Origin: the human T2T-CHM13v2.0 reference genome, Homo sapiens
Assembly: GCF_009914755.1 (NCBI RefSeq)
Contig: NC_060934.1
Reading direction: 5' to 3' (one strand)
DNA length: 64,000 nucleotides
Shown here: one piece after another, positions 42,919-60,880 of the stretch
Layout of the letters: each line of letters begins with the position of its first letter
Numbering within the stretch: position 1 is the stretch's first letter
Position numbers and translations under genes: made by a program
Notes under the pieces: model-generated
The model's input: only the letters and a program-made list of their open reading frames with translations
Databases searched by the model: none
Told to the model about the DNA's origin: nothing

Positions 42919-43318
42919 TGTATTAGGCCATTCTTGCACTGCTATAAAGAAATATCTGAGCCTGGATAATTTATAAGAAAAGAGATTGAATTGGCTCACA
43001 CTTCTGAAGCTGTACAGAAAGCATGGTGGCATCTGCTTCTGGGGAGGCCTCAGGAAGCTTCCAATCATGGCAGAAGGTGAAGGGGGAGCAGGTACGTCAC
43101 ATGGCCAGAGCAGGAGCAAGCATAGTGGGTGTGCCACACAGTTTTAAATGATCAGATCTGGCAAGAACTCACCAGCTATTGCAAAGACAGCAGCAAGTCA
43201 TGAGGGATCTGCCCCCATGATCCAAACACTTCCCACCAGGCCCCACCCCCAGCATTGGGGATTACAATTGACAATTCAACATGAGATTTGAGAGAGGATA
43301 AATATCCAAACTATATCA
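42919..43318 (-). mobile_element. MSTA MaLR solo LTR
   Basis: TGTATTAGGCCATTCTTGCACTGCTATAAAGAAATA...CCAAACTATATCA. TSD (T/C)ATGC. Confidence 0.9.
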
Positions 43319-43979
43319 CATGCATACAGATAAGGAGCATAGGTTGCTGTTCTACCTATTGTCTGTCCTGTTGAAACAGTTAAATATATTCCCTGGGCGT
43401 TCATTTTCTTCCCAGAACTGGGTGAAAGAACTGTCTGAACTTGCTTCTCCTTCCTCACCTGCATGTGTTCCTCAGTCTACTGCAGTCTTTCACCTCCTTT
43501 ACTTCATTAAACCTGCTCTGGCAAAGATCGCTAATTTCCACCACACTGCAGAGGCTGCAGGCTCTTGTCCCTACTGATTTGACTTCTTTGCTGCATCTAA
43601 TACTTTCCTTGGGATCATTCTGCCCTCAGTGATCTGAGATTGCCTTCTGCCTTTGAAAAAGTGACTTGATTGTTGTTGTTGACACTCCCTCTTCTTCTCC
43701 CTACATGAGACATTTCTAAAGAAGACTGGCATTGTTTGTATGTCAGGGACATCAGAATGGAACAGAGACATAAGAACAGGAGAAGGCAATGCATTCTTGT
43801 CTTGAGGAATATGTCTGGCTTTAACAGGAGCTATGGGCCAGAAGCACTGGGCCTTTGCATGTCAGAACATGAACAGTGCTGCACCAGGGCATGCTATAGC
43901 CAAGGCTGATGCGGACGGTGTGGATTTTATTGCTGTGCTGAAAAGGTCCCTGTGCTCGTGGATGCTGGCCACCCCTTCC

Positions 43980-45160
43980 ACTACATACATATTAATCATA
44001 ATTATCTTAAAGTCCTCGTGTGAGGTTTTCATCATTTGGGCCATCTCTGTATCTGATTCTATTGATTTACTTGTCTCTTGATTGTGGGTTATTATTACTA
44101 TTTTGCTTTTTTTGTGCGCATGATCTTTTTTATTCAATACTGAACATTATTTGGAGACCAGGGATGATGGAGGTATATAGTAATTACCCCCGGAAATGGG
44201 CATGCCTCTTATGCTGTGAAGCCATTAATGTGGAGGGTTGATACAATTTGGACAAAAGATGAGCTGAATTTGAGATTTGTTGTTGTCATGGCTCTTGCTG
44301 TCTACAGGCTTTCAGTTCCTCCTTTCACCTTGTGTGCAGGGTGGGGTATGGCTGGCGTGTTGGAAAGTCTTCCTCAGATTTAGTGCTGCATGCTCAGCTT
44401 TTGGCTGTCACTGTATCAGGTCTTCTCCATACTCTGCACCTCCCCAGTGGTAGTTGGTGCTGGGTGAAATTTGGTTCTAAGATCCAGGTCAGGGGAAACT
44501 TGCTGTTGTTCTGCTCCAGCTTTTTTCTTGTAAATGCTCTGTGTGCCTGGCCCTGTGTCATTCCTGCCCCTCTTCCATATGGTGCTCAAATTCTACCTGA
44601 GTGGGGGATTCCTGCTTCAGCGCCACACGCCCCCAGGGCAGCAGACTTCTCCTTGGTTTCAGTAGAGGATCTGGGCCCAGGATGGCTTCTTGCCCTCCCC
44701 TGAGTGTCCAGGGCTTTTGCTTCTACCCTTTCCCTCCTGCAGTGGGTCTTTCCTTGCTCCTTGCTCATGGGGTTAAGACTTTTGCATTTTGAGGGAGAAG
44801 GTTCTAGGTGGGGTGGTGGGGTTCATGTCTGATGCACATGGCCCAGTCCATCCTACATGCCTGTATTACTGATGAGGCTCATCCTCTTCTCTTGCCCAGC
44901 TGCCAGCATTCTTGTAAGTGCCTAGTGAGTGAATGCAGATCCCTCCGCATCTGCACATCTTTGCCGTAAGTGAACCTGGTTCCTGTCCAGTTTCTCCTTA
45001 GAGGAGGCTACCCCTCCTGGAATTTCAGGCTTTTTGGTTTCCCTGTGACCTAAACATTTGGCTTGGTCCAAGGAAATTTCAACTTGTGGTGTACCTGGCT
45101 TTTTCTTGTGGTTAGGGCAACACTATTTTCAGCTTTCTATATCCCTGGTGGAAGTGAGCA
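43980..45160 (-). mobile_element. Old L1M 5' region (ORF1 N-terminus and 5'UTR)
   Basis: Minus frame NQETSKSIESDTEMAQMMKTSHEDFKIIMINM resembles the ancient L1 ORF1 start. Confidence 0.6.
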
Positions 45161-45420
45161 TCATCATTTCCTAATAGTTTCCCTTGGTGAAGTTTATTCA
45201 TGCCTGAGAGTGTTTTCCGTGTTATAAAGGTATTCATGAATATGGTCCATTGCCATCTTGTCATAAGTAGAATTGAAATTGTTTACAAATGAACATCTTC
45301 TCTGTGCTAGCTCTGATTAATTGAGGAAATATAATTTAATTTTTAACCCTTTGTGCTTACTCTCAGGGTAGGATTTTTTTAAGTGATTGTTTTGCTGTCT
45401 TCTTTTCTGTTTTTATCTGC

Positions 45421-45809
45421 CACATTAGCTCATTTTCTGTTGGTATAAATGAATCTTGGAAACTAGGTAATCTATAAAGAAATTTATTTCTTACAGTTTT
45501 GGAGGCAGAAAGTCCAATATCTAGGGGCCACATTTGTTTGGCTTCTGGTGAGGGACTTGCGCTGTGTTATAACATGGCAGACAGCATTACAAGGTGAGAG
45601 GGGCTGAGAGTGCCAGTTCAGAACTCTCTTTCTCCTCTTATAAGCCCCTAATGCCCCTCCTTCATGACCTCATCTAATTCTAATTACCTCCCAAAGGTCA
45701 GTCCCACCTCTCCAATATCATATTCAAATTTGTCACTCTCTCAATACTGTTACAATGGGGACTAAGTTTCAAAGGAGTTTTGGAGGGGACAAATATTTGG
45801 ACCATAGCA
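45421..45809 (-). mobile_element. MST(B/C)-like MaLR LTR
   Basis: GAAATTTATTTCTTACAGTTTTGGAGGC...GGCTTCTGGTGAGGG...TTTTGGAGGGGACAAATATTTGGACCATAGCA. Confidence 0.8.
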
Positions 45810-46337
45810 TCTGGGTATAAAGTAGAGATTGAAAGGCCAAAGAATATTTAAAAATCCACTTAACACTGGGCCAGTGTTCAGTTCCCTTGGCTCAATGATA
45901 GGCTGTAAGGTGAATTCTGCAGGATTGTATTCAGGAATTAAAACATCTGCATTCAAGTGAGATGTTCTCAAAGACATGCCTATTTCTCTTCAAGATAAAC
46001 CTTATTGTTTTAAAATAAAAATGATAAAGGAAAATAGAATACACTAACACACACAGTTCTGTTCTTTGGTCTCCAAGGGTAGCTGAGACCTGGAGCCTGC
46101 TGTTTTCAGGACACCCATCGAAGTGACATTTAGGTGGTTGACTATGGTCCAGCAGAACAGGATGCAAACCAGTGATCATCTCCAGGTCCCAGAGGAGACT
46201 CTGCTAAATGTTTTCAGAGAAGTTCACATTAAGCAGGTGCAAGGAAAGGGGCAATGCTCGAGGGGCTGCCTCCTCATGATCTAGAGCCGAATGTCCTGTG
46301 TGTGCAGGAACAAGGCGATCTTTGCATTGTGATTTTA

Positions 46338-46665
<328 letters not shown>

Positions 46666-47187
46666 TGCATTGTGATTTTAGATTGCCATGTAGTACGAGG
46701 GATAAAGGAAAAGAATTACAATGATATTTTTAAGAAGAGATTTAAAAATATATTCAAATTCACAGAAATGCATCCCCCTATTAAGGCCAATACTAGGAGT
46801 CAAAGTCTGCATCTTCTGCATCAAAACACATTAAATTAATGAACAAGAGATTCCTTCTCTGGACAGTGTTCCTCACAGGTAGGCCAGTGACATGGTGGGC
46901 TGGAGAGAGAGGTCCACCCAGGCTCCTGAATTGGAGAGCACTGTTTTTACAGAGGAAGGGAAGAACTTGGCAAGGAGGGGAAATTTTTCAGTCAGTCTAG
47001 GACCTTCGGCAACAAACTGGAAACTCAACCTCTCAGTTTTCTAACCATGAGATGAGATTAATCATATCTGTCTTACAAATGAACTGGCAATACCCTATCA
47101 AAACAACTATTAATACATCAAGTGGAGATTAGAAAGTATATAGAACTAAATGGCAATGAAGACATCACGTTTAAAAAATGCAGTCCC

Positions 47188-47512
<325 letters not shown>

Positions 47513-47919
47513 TCAAGCCCATGATTAGAAGGAACTTTCTAGCCTTGTTTTGTTCACCACAATAAAAACAACAAGTGATTCATCCAATTTATGAATAAAA
47601 GGGCTTTCACAAAATTCAGCCCTTATCCATCATTTGAAGAGCTCATTTAAAAAAACTAGAAACACAAGGTAACTTCCTTTATACTTATTGATGAAATGTC
47701 TAAGCAGTCCATGTTGGGGCCAATTCAGTTATGTCTGGTATATTCAAATACAATCAACCATAATACCGCAAGTTCTAGAAAGTGAAATAGGTGAGAAATG
47801 AAGGCTTAAGAATTTATGATTATGTACTTTACAAAACTAGAATAATCTAAAGGTAAATTGCAGAATAGCTAAATGAGTATAAAAGCTTACTAAATGTAGG
47901 TCAATATAAACAAATCAAC

Positions 47920-48520
47920 TGTGTGTCTAGACACCAGGGCACACAGGACCCAAAATGACAAAGCTTAGAAATGTACAGTTTATTTTAGGAAAAGGATTTG
48001 ATACAGCAAAGATGTCGAAGACGTGCATCAGGAGTGGTAAAAGCACCTCAGCCAAAGGCCGCCTCACAGTGAAGGGTCAGGAAGGAATGGGCCCCAGCTC
48101 CAACTTTCCTCTCTGCAGGGTAGTGCCAGGATGCATTTTTTCTCTCCGATCAGAAGCCAGCCTGTGTGCACAGAACCCCTCAGAAGCAGGGAGCTCCAAA
48201 TGAAGTGTCAGTTGGGCTTTTTATATCCTGCTGGCCACATCAGTATGTCCTGTCTATGGACTAGCCTCTAGTACAAGAGCCCTTCCGCGTTGCCACCAAG
48301 ACCAGGTGAGAACTTGAACAATCATCACTTTCACTGTTATCAATAAACTATGGTGACAAGACAGTACAAGCGACACCCAAGCTTAGCTGGGACTCACTGT
48401 GAATCAGTCCATTTCACACCTACTAAGGTGGAGTAGGTTGGAGGGGGTTGGAGCCATGCAGGTAGGTCTTACCCCAGCAAAACAGCTCAGCCCATTTCAT
48501 GCCTGCTGGAATTAACACAG
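47920..48520 (-). mobile_element. ERVL-type LTR (MER21/MER68/MER77-like) inserted in L1M
   Basis: AGTTTATTTTAGGAAAAGGAT...TTCCTCTCTGCAGGG...CAGGGAGCTC...TTTTTATAT pattern; interrupts L1-like sequence. Confidence 0.45.
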
Positions 48521-50602
48521 CCAGTAACAAATAGCAAAAATAAATTAAAAAGTAGATAGTTACAGTGTCTTAAAATATCATATACATAGAATTAATATAA
48601 TGATAGACGTATACAATCTCCCCCCCAAACTATACAGTTTAGAGACATTTTAAAAAACCTAAATAAATGGAAAGAGAGTTCATGCTCATGAAATAGAAAG
48701 TCATTATTGTAAAAATGTCATTTCTGCTCACGATGAAACAAAAATCCATTATAATCTCAATGCAAATTTGCATATCTTTTTGTGTAAGTGCACAAGGCAA
48801 TTTTAAAATGGATATGGAAATGCAAAGGTCTAAGCATCTCCAACATGCTGTTGAACATGAACAAGATGGGTGATGTTCCTACAGGGTTTCAGAACATTTT
48901 ATGAAGGCACAGTGAACAGGATCTTGTGGTATTGCTGGCGAGTCAAGTGGCACAAAGAGAGTCTAGGAAGAGGCTGGTGCATGCTGCGAGTCGGATGGAT
49001 GGCAAAGGTTGCCCTGCATGCCGTCTTCAATTTTTCAATCAGTGTTGCTGGGTCCGATGGCTAGCTATTAGGCAAAAAACTAATTCCACTGGACTCCTCT
49101 ATCATATCATACTAAAAGATTCATATATTTAAGTGTAAAAAGTAGTTTTGGAGAAAACCTCAAACTTTGGATTAGGAAAGTGTTCTTACATTGGATTTTT
49201 TAAAAGCATAAATTCTAAAGAAAAAGTTTGATGGACTTACATGCAACTGCATTAGAATTGGGAATTTCTGTTCATCAAAAAATATTATGAAGCATGTGCA
49301 AAGATGAGACACAGAGTGAGAGAAGATATTTGCAGTGCTCATTTTTAACAATGGACTTACAGTGCAGAATGTAGGAAGAGCTATGTATTTCTAAGGAGAA
49401 ACCAGAGATCCTAATAGAAAAAAACAGCCCAGGAATTGAGACAAGCACTTCACAAAGGAGGAGACATTCAAATAGCAAATAAGTATACGAAAATGTGTAC
49501 AAATCCAATAGTAATTAGAGCCGTGGAAATTAAGACAAGCAGATACTACTGTATACTCCCCAGAATGGCCAAAACAATGACAACAAAAGCGAAAAACAGA
49601 TAAAAAATCCAAGAGTTGGCAGAGATGCTGGTGGCTGTGTGCATTGGTGGAGCCACTTTGGAAATGGTTTAGTAGAAGCTACTCAGGCACACTCTATGAA
49701 CCAGCAATTCCACTCCTAGGTGGAACATAAACGCACCAAAGATTTTACAAGAAAACTCTAACAGTGGTCACTGGAGTAGAAAACTAGGAGCTACCACTTG
49801 GAAGAATGGAGGGGATGGTGAGAGGAAGAGGCTGGGAAGGCCTTTTGGGGGTGTTGCTGATGTTCTGTCTCTTGACCTGGGTGGTGGTTTCGTGTGTGTT
49901 CCCTTTGTGACCATTCACTGACCTGTATAGTTTTGATGTGTGTTATGTTTTTTGTTTTGCTCAGTAAAATCAAATCTACTAAATCAAGGGTGCTAGGGAG
50001 AAGCAGAAAGGAGGGATTATAAAGGGAGACGAAGGAACTCTTTGGCATAGTGTGTATGTTCATTATGTTGATTGTGGTGATGGTTTCTTGGGTGTGTACC
50101 TATGTCAAAACATAAAATTATATACGTTAATATATGTATTTTATTGTATGTCAATTATAGCTTGATAAAGCTGTTAAAAATTGTAGGATAAATTTAAAGC
50201 TAGCGTTAAAAGGAAACATGCAGTCTTTTCAACTTTTATTTTAGATACAGGGGGTACATGTGTAGATTTGTTACATGGGAATATTGCAAGATGCTGAGGT
50301 TTGGGGTACAGATTCCATCACCCTGGTAGCAAGCATAGTACCTGACAGGTAGTTTTTCAACCCACGCTCCCCTCCTTGCCTCCCTGCTCTAGTAGTCCAC
50401 AGTGTCTATTATTCCCATATTTGTGTCCATGGATGCTCAGTGTTTAGCTCCCACTTATAAATGAGAAAGTGAGGTATTTGGTTTTCTGTTCCTGTGTTAA
50501 CTCACTTGGGATTATGGCCTCCAACTGCATCCATATTGCTTCAAAGGACATGATTTCATTTTTTTATGACTGTGTAGTATTCCATGGTGTATATGTACTA
50601 CA

Positions 50603-50901
<299 letters not shown>

Positions 50902-51301
50902 TACATTTTCTTTATCCAGTCTACTGCTGATGGGCACCTGGGTTGATTCCATGTCTTTGCTATTGTGAATAATGCAGCAGTGAACATACAAGTGCATGTG
51001 TCTTTTTGGTAGAACAATTTATTTTCCTTTGAGTATACACCCAGTAATGGGATTATTGGGTCAAATGGTAGCTCTCTTTTTTTTATTATTATTATTATTA
51101 TACTTTAAGTTTTAGGGTACATGTACACAATGTGCAGGTTAGTTACATATGTATACATGTGCCATGCTGGTGTGCTGCACCCATTAACTCGTCATTTAGC
51201 ATTAGGTATATCTCCTAATGCTATCCCTCCCCCCTCCCCCCACCCCACAACAGTCCCCAGAGTGTGATGTTCCCCTTCCTGTGTTCATGTGATCTCATTG
51301 T

Positions 51302-55459
<4,158 letters not shown>

Positions 55460-55507
55460 TTATTTTGCTCGTTGGTTGATGCAGTTTCTTCCTAGTCTGG
55501 ATGGTCT

Positions 55508-56524
55508 TTACATTTTGGCATGATTTTGCAGCAGCTGGTACCGGTTGTGCCTTTCCATGTTTAGCGCTTCCTTCAGGAGCTCTTTTAGGGCAGGCCTGGT
55601 GATGACAAAATCTCTCAGCATTTGCTTGTCTGTAAAGTATTTTATTTCTCCTTCACTTAAGAAGCTTAGTTTGGCTGGATACGAAATTCTGGGTTGAAAA
55701 TTCTTTTCTTTAAGAATGTTGAATATTGGCCCCCACTCTCTTCTGGCTTGTAGAGTTTCTGCCGAGAGATCCGCTGTTAGTCTGATGGGCTTCCCTTTGT
55801 GGGTAACCCGATCTTTCTCTCTGGCTGCCCTTAACATTTTTTCCTTCATTTCAACTTTGGTGAATCTGACAATTATGTGTCTTGGAGTTGCTCTTCTCGA
55901 GGAGTACCTTTGTGGCGTTCTCTGTATTTCCTGAATGTGAATGTTGGCCTGCCTTGCTAGATTGGGGAAGTTCTCCTGGATAATATCCTGCAGAGTGTTT
56001 TCCAACTTGGTTCCATTCTCCCCGTCACTTTCAGGTACACCAATCAGACGTAGATTTGGTCTTTTCACATAGTCCCATATTTCTTGGAGGCTTTGTTCGT
56101 TTCTTTTTATTCTCTTTTCTCTAAACTTCCCTTCTCGCTTTATTTCATTCATTTCATCTTCCATCACTGATACCCTTTCTTCCAGTTGATCGCATTGGCT
56201 CCTGAGGCTTCTGCATTCTTCACATAATTCTCGAGCCTTGGCTTTCAGCTCCATCAGTTCCTTTAAGCACTTCTCTGTATTGGTTATTCTAGTTATACAT
56301 TTGTCTAAATTTTTTTCAAAGTTTTCAACTTCTTTGCCTTTGGTTTGAATTTCCTCCTGTAGCTCGGAGTAGTTTGATCGTCTGAAGCCTTCTTCTCTCA
56401 ACTCCTCAAAGTCATTCTCCGTCCAGCTTTGTTCCATTGCTGGTGAGGAGATGCATTCCTTTGGAGGAGGAGAGGCGCTCTGCTTTTTAGAGTTTCCAGT
56501 TTTTCTGCTCTGTCTTTTCCCCAT
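55508..56524 (-). CDS. L1 ORF1p (RNA-binding chaperone), intact 338-aa frame; expression unsupported
   Basis: MGKRQSRKTGNSK...REKRIKRNEQSLQEIWDYVKRPNLRLIG...ARREW...YPAKLS...HAKM. Confidence 0.85.
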   Translation of the reverse strand: MGKRQSRKTGNSKKQSASPPPKECISSPAMEQSWTENDFEELREEGFRRSNYSELQEEIQTKGKEVENFEKNLDKCITRITNTEKCLKELMELKAKARELCEECRSLRSQCDQLEERVSVMEDEMNEIKREGKFREKRIKRNEQSLQEIWDYVKRPNLRLIGVPESDGENGTKLENTLQDIIQENFPNLARQANIHIQEIQRTPQRYSSRRATPRHIIVRFTKVEMKEKMLRAAREKDRVTHKGKPIRLTADLSAETLQARREWGPIFNILKEKNFQPRISYPAKLSFLSEGEIKYFTDKQMLRDFVITRPALKELLKEALNMERHNRYQLLQNHAKM

Positions 56525-57397
56525 CTTTGTGGTTTTATCTACTTTTGGTCTTTGATGATGGTGATGTACAGTTGGGTTTTTGGTGTGGATGTCCTTTCTG
56601 TTTGTTAGTTTTCCTTCTAACAGACAGGACCCTCAGCTGCAGGTCTGTTGGAGTTTGCTAGAGGTCTACTCCAGACCCTCTCTGCCTGGGTATCAGCAGT
56701 GGTGTCTGCGGAACCGTGGATTTTCGTGATCCGCGAATGCTGCTGTCTGATCGTTCCTCTGGAAGTTTTGTCTCAGAGGAGTACCCGGCTTAAGTTCTTT
56801 GAAAAATCTCCAGGCTGCCTTTCAAAGTGGCTGGGCCAATTCACATTCCCACCAACAGTGTACAAACGTTCCCTTTCTCCATAGCCTCATCAGTGCCTGT
56901 TGTTTTGTGACTTTTTGATAATAGCCATTCTGACTGGTGTGAGATGGTGTCTCATCGTGGTTTTGATTTGCATTCCTCTGATGGTTAGTGATGCTGAGCA
57001 TTTTCTCATATGTTTGTTGGCTGCTTGTATGTCTTCTTTTGAGAAGTATCTCTTCATGTCCTTTGCCCATTTTTTTTCATGGGGTTATTTGTTTTCTGCT
57101 TGTTGATTTGTTTAAGTTTCCTATAGATTCTGGATATTAGGCCTTTGTTGAAGGCATAGTTTGTGAATATCTTCTCCAATTCTTAAGTTGTCCATTTGCT
57201 CTGTAGATAGTTTCTTTTGCTGTGCAGAAGCTCTTTAGTTTAATTAGGTACCACTTGTCTACTTTTGTTTTTGCTGTGATTGCTTTTGGGGACTTAGCCA
57301 AAAATTCTTTGCCAAGGCCAATGTCTAGAAGAGTATTTTCTAGGTTGTTGTCTAGCATTTTTATAGCTTGAGGTCTGACATTTAACCTTGCAATCTT

Positions 57398-58270
57398 AAA
57401 TGGATAAAATAAAAAAGAAGACTAAGAATTTATTAGGTAGTCATCAACCTCAATAGTTCAGAAAAGCCAAATTTTATTAAAAAGAGTCAAAAAAGGAAAA
57501 TCATAAGGAAAATAATACAATTTAAAGATATTGAAAATAAACATACTCTAGAGAGGATCAGCAATGTCAAATGTTGGTTTCTTTAAAATATTTGTAAAAT
57601 TGAAAGACCTCTGGTAAATTTGATAATGAAAAATTATATATTATAGAATTGTAACATTATAATAATATATGTATATCATATATTTACATATAAGTGTAAA
57701 AGTTGTAGTAATCAGATAGTGTAGACCTGGTATTAAGATGATCGTAGACCCATGGAGTTAAAGACAGAACCTTCAAAAAGAAGACTCTTGCCTTTTGGAT
57801 GCTTATAAATGACAAGGATTGTACTGTAGAGAAGTAGAAAAAAGATGCTCTTCCCAATAAATGCTGCTGGGATAATGGTGCATCATCCAAAAAAATATGG
57901 TTTCCTTTTTCTCACACCATATAAGAAATCATTTTTGGAGGTAATAAAACCTCAGTATAAAAAGCAAAGTATAAAACATTCAGAAGTTGTTATAGGAATG
58001 GGAATTATTTCTTTTAAAAGTTACAGAAGACAATATTTTGAAAGAAAATATTTATAAATTGGGCTACATTAAAATAAACATTCTATTCATCAAATGACAC
58101 CATTAAAGAGTGCAAAGGGAAACCACAGAGTGGGAGAAAATAATTGCCTCAGAGAAAACCAAATAGTTTTAATAAGAAAAGACAGAGACCCCGACAGAAA
58201 TGTGGGCAAGATACTTGAATAACCATTTCACACAGGAGATTCCTAAGCATTCAATAATCACATGAAACAT
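57398..58270 (+). mobile_element. Old L1M ORF2 fragment (host of the nested L1s, LTR13 and MSTA)
   Basis: A-rich ORF2-like sequence continuous across the TSD with 50190-50227. CCAATAAATGCTGCTGGGATAA and TTCATCAAATGACACCATTAA motifs. Confidence 0.6.
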
Positions 58271-58276
58271 GCTTGA

Positions 58277-59283
58277 TGTGGGCGGCAAGCCACCCAGGCA
58301 CTGAGGCAAGAGACCGAGGACACGAGCTGTTCCAGTGTAATAAAATATAAAACAAGAATAGTTATACCAGATATAGATCTTAGAGATGATTATATATGAA
58401 TATCATTAATCATTAGTTGGTAGTAATTACTCTTTATCCCAATATTATAATAATCCTCGCTCTACAATCATAACCTAGGAAGAACCTGGCCATACAGAGA
58501 TAGGAGCTGAGGGGACATAGTGAGAAGTGACCAGAAGACAAGAGTGCGAGCCTTCTGTTATGCCCGGACAGGGCCACCAGAAGGGCTCCTTGGTCTAGTG
58601 GTAATGCCAGCGTCTGGGAAGACGCCCATTGCCAGGCAGACCGTGGCCTAGTGGTAGCCTCAGTGTCAAGGAAAAACACCGGCTACTTAGCAGACCGGGA
58701 AAGGGAGTCTCCCTTTCTCCGGGGGAGTTTAGAGAAGACTATGCTCCTCCACCTCTTGTGGAGGGCCTGACATTAGTCAGGCTCACCCGCAGTTATCCGG
58801 AGGCCTAACCGTCTCCCTGTGATGCTGTGCTTCAGTGGTCATACTCCTAGTCTGCCTTCATGTTCCATCCTGTACACCTGGCTCTGCCTTCTAGATAGCA
58901 GTAGGAAATTAGTGAAAGTACTAAAAGTCTCTGATATGCAGAAATAATAGCATAAGCTGTCTTTCTCTTTGTCTCCTCTCTCTCTCTGCCTCGGCTGCCA
59001 GGCAGGGAAGGGCCCCCTGTCCAGTGGACATGTGACCCACGTGACCTTACCTATCATTAGAGATGACTCACACTCTTTAGCCTGCCCCTTTTGCTTTGTA
59101 TCCAATAAATAACAGCGCAGCCAGACATTTGGGGCCACTACCGGTCTCCACGCATTGGTGATAGTGGTCCCCCAGGCCCAGCTGTCTTTTCTTTTATCTC
59201 TTTGTCTTGTGTCTTTATTTCTACACTCTCTCATCGCCGCACATGGGGAGAGACCCACCGACCCTGTGGGGCTGGTCCCTACA
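58277..59283 (+). mobile_element. LTR13 solo LTR (HERV-K HML-4 group)
   Basis: TGTGGGCGGCAAGCCACCCAGG...GGGGCTGGTCCCTACA, 1007 bp, AATAAA near 59104. 6-bp TSD GCTTGA. Confidence 0.88.
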
Positions 59284-59352
59284 GCTTGACATCTTTAGAA
59301 ATGAGAGAAATGCAAACTAAGGCCATATCAGATAGGCAAAATTAAGCAGTAC

Positions 59353-59751
59353 TGTGTTAGTTCGTTTTTGGATTGCTATAAAGGAATACCTGAGGCAGCA
59401 TCATTTGCAAAGAAAAGAGGTTTCATTGGCTCACAGTTTTGCAGGCTGTACTAGCATGGCTCCACCATCTGCTTCTGCTGAGGCCCTTAGGAAGCTTACA
59501 GTCACAGCTGAAGGGAAGGGGAGCCAGATGAGAGCAGAAGGAGTGAGAGGGGAGGTGCCACACTCTTTTAAGCAATCAGATCTCATGTGAACCACCACAG
59601 AAGAATTCACTCATCACCAAGGGAATGGCACTAAGCCATTCATGAGGGATCCGCCCCATGACCCAAACACCTCCCACCAGGCCACACCTCCAACATTGGG
59701 GATCATATTTCAACATGAGATTTGGAGGGGATGAACATGCAAACCATATCA
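59353..59751 (-). mobile_element. MSTA MaLR solo LTR
   Basis: TGTGTTAGTTCG...ATTGCTATAAAGGAATACCTGAGGC...CAAACCATATCA. TSD AGTAC. Confidence 0.9.
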
Positions 59752-60107
59752 AGTACCAATGAAGATATGGAACAATTGACTCTCATAAACTGAAGTTGGG
59801 GTGTAAGTTGTTATATCCATTTGGGAAACTGTTTGGCTATGGAGGATACACAAAAATCCCTTACCATGGGCATAGATTTAGAGAAATGGCCACACATGTG
59901 TCCTATGATAACATATGAAGATACTCACATTATTAGGCCAAGCTGTTGAAACCTTTGGAGAGGAGACAAGAGGAGGTTGATTCAGGAACAGATGAAGCAG
60001 AAAGTATAAGGAAGTGGTTTCTAGGGGCCAGCTGTGCTCTAAGTACTATATGTCCACTTTAATAAATAGTATAAAACACAACATAAGTTTTATATAGGTG
60101 TCATATG

Positions 60108-60880
60108 TGCTATGGTTTGAATGTGTCCCTGAGTGTTCATTGGAAACTTAATCTCCAGCGTAACAGTATTGAGAGGTGGGACCTTTCAGAGGTGATTAAA
60201 ATGAATTAATGTTGTTCTTGTGGAAGTAGGTTTGTTCTCCCAAGAGTGGATTGTCATGAAAGCAGATTTGTCCTTTCTTTTCTCCACTTGTGCCCTCCCT
60301 CACCACTTGTTGACTTCTGCCATTGGATGATGCAGCACTAGGGCCCTCACAAGATGCTGGTGCCATGCTCTTATACTTCCCAGCCTCTAGAACCATGAGC
60401 AAAGTAAATTTCTGTCCAATATAAATTTCCCGCTGTGGAATTCTGATATTGCAACACAAAACAGAAACAGAAAATTTGTGCTGGGAAGTGGGGCTGTTGC
60501 TATAACAAATGCTTGAAAACGTAGAAGTAGCTTTGGAACTGGATAATGAGTAGAGGCTGGAACAGTTTTGAAATGAATGCTAAAAAAAGCTTGTATTGCC
60601 ATAGATGAAACATTAAGGGCAATTCTGGTGAAGTCTCAGAATAAGAGAGACTAGGGAAAGTCTGGGACATCTTAGAGTTAACTTAAGTGGCCATGACTAG
60701 AATGCTGGCAGAAATATGGATGGTAACGGTCATTCTGATGAAGTCTCAGGGGAAATGAGGAACAAGGTATTGGAAACTGGAGCAAAGCCATCCTTGTCAT
60801 ACATTTGCAAAGAACTTGTGGGAGTTGTTTCCATGCCCTACGGCTTTATGGATGGTAGAATTCAAGAGCAATGAACTCTT
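60108..60880 (+). mobile_element. MST(B/D)-like LTR plus MaLR internal fragment
   Basis: TGCTATGGTTTGAATGTGTCCC...CCCAGCCTCTAGAACCATGAGC, then GAAGTGGGGCTGTTGCTATAA internal start. Confidence 0.8.
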
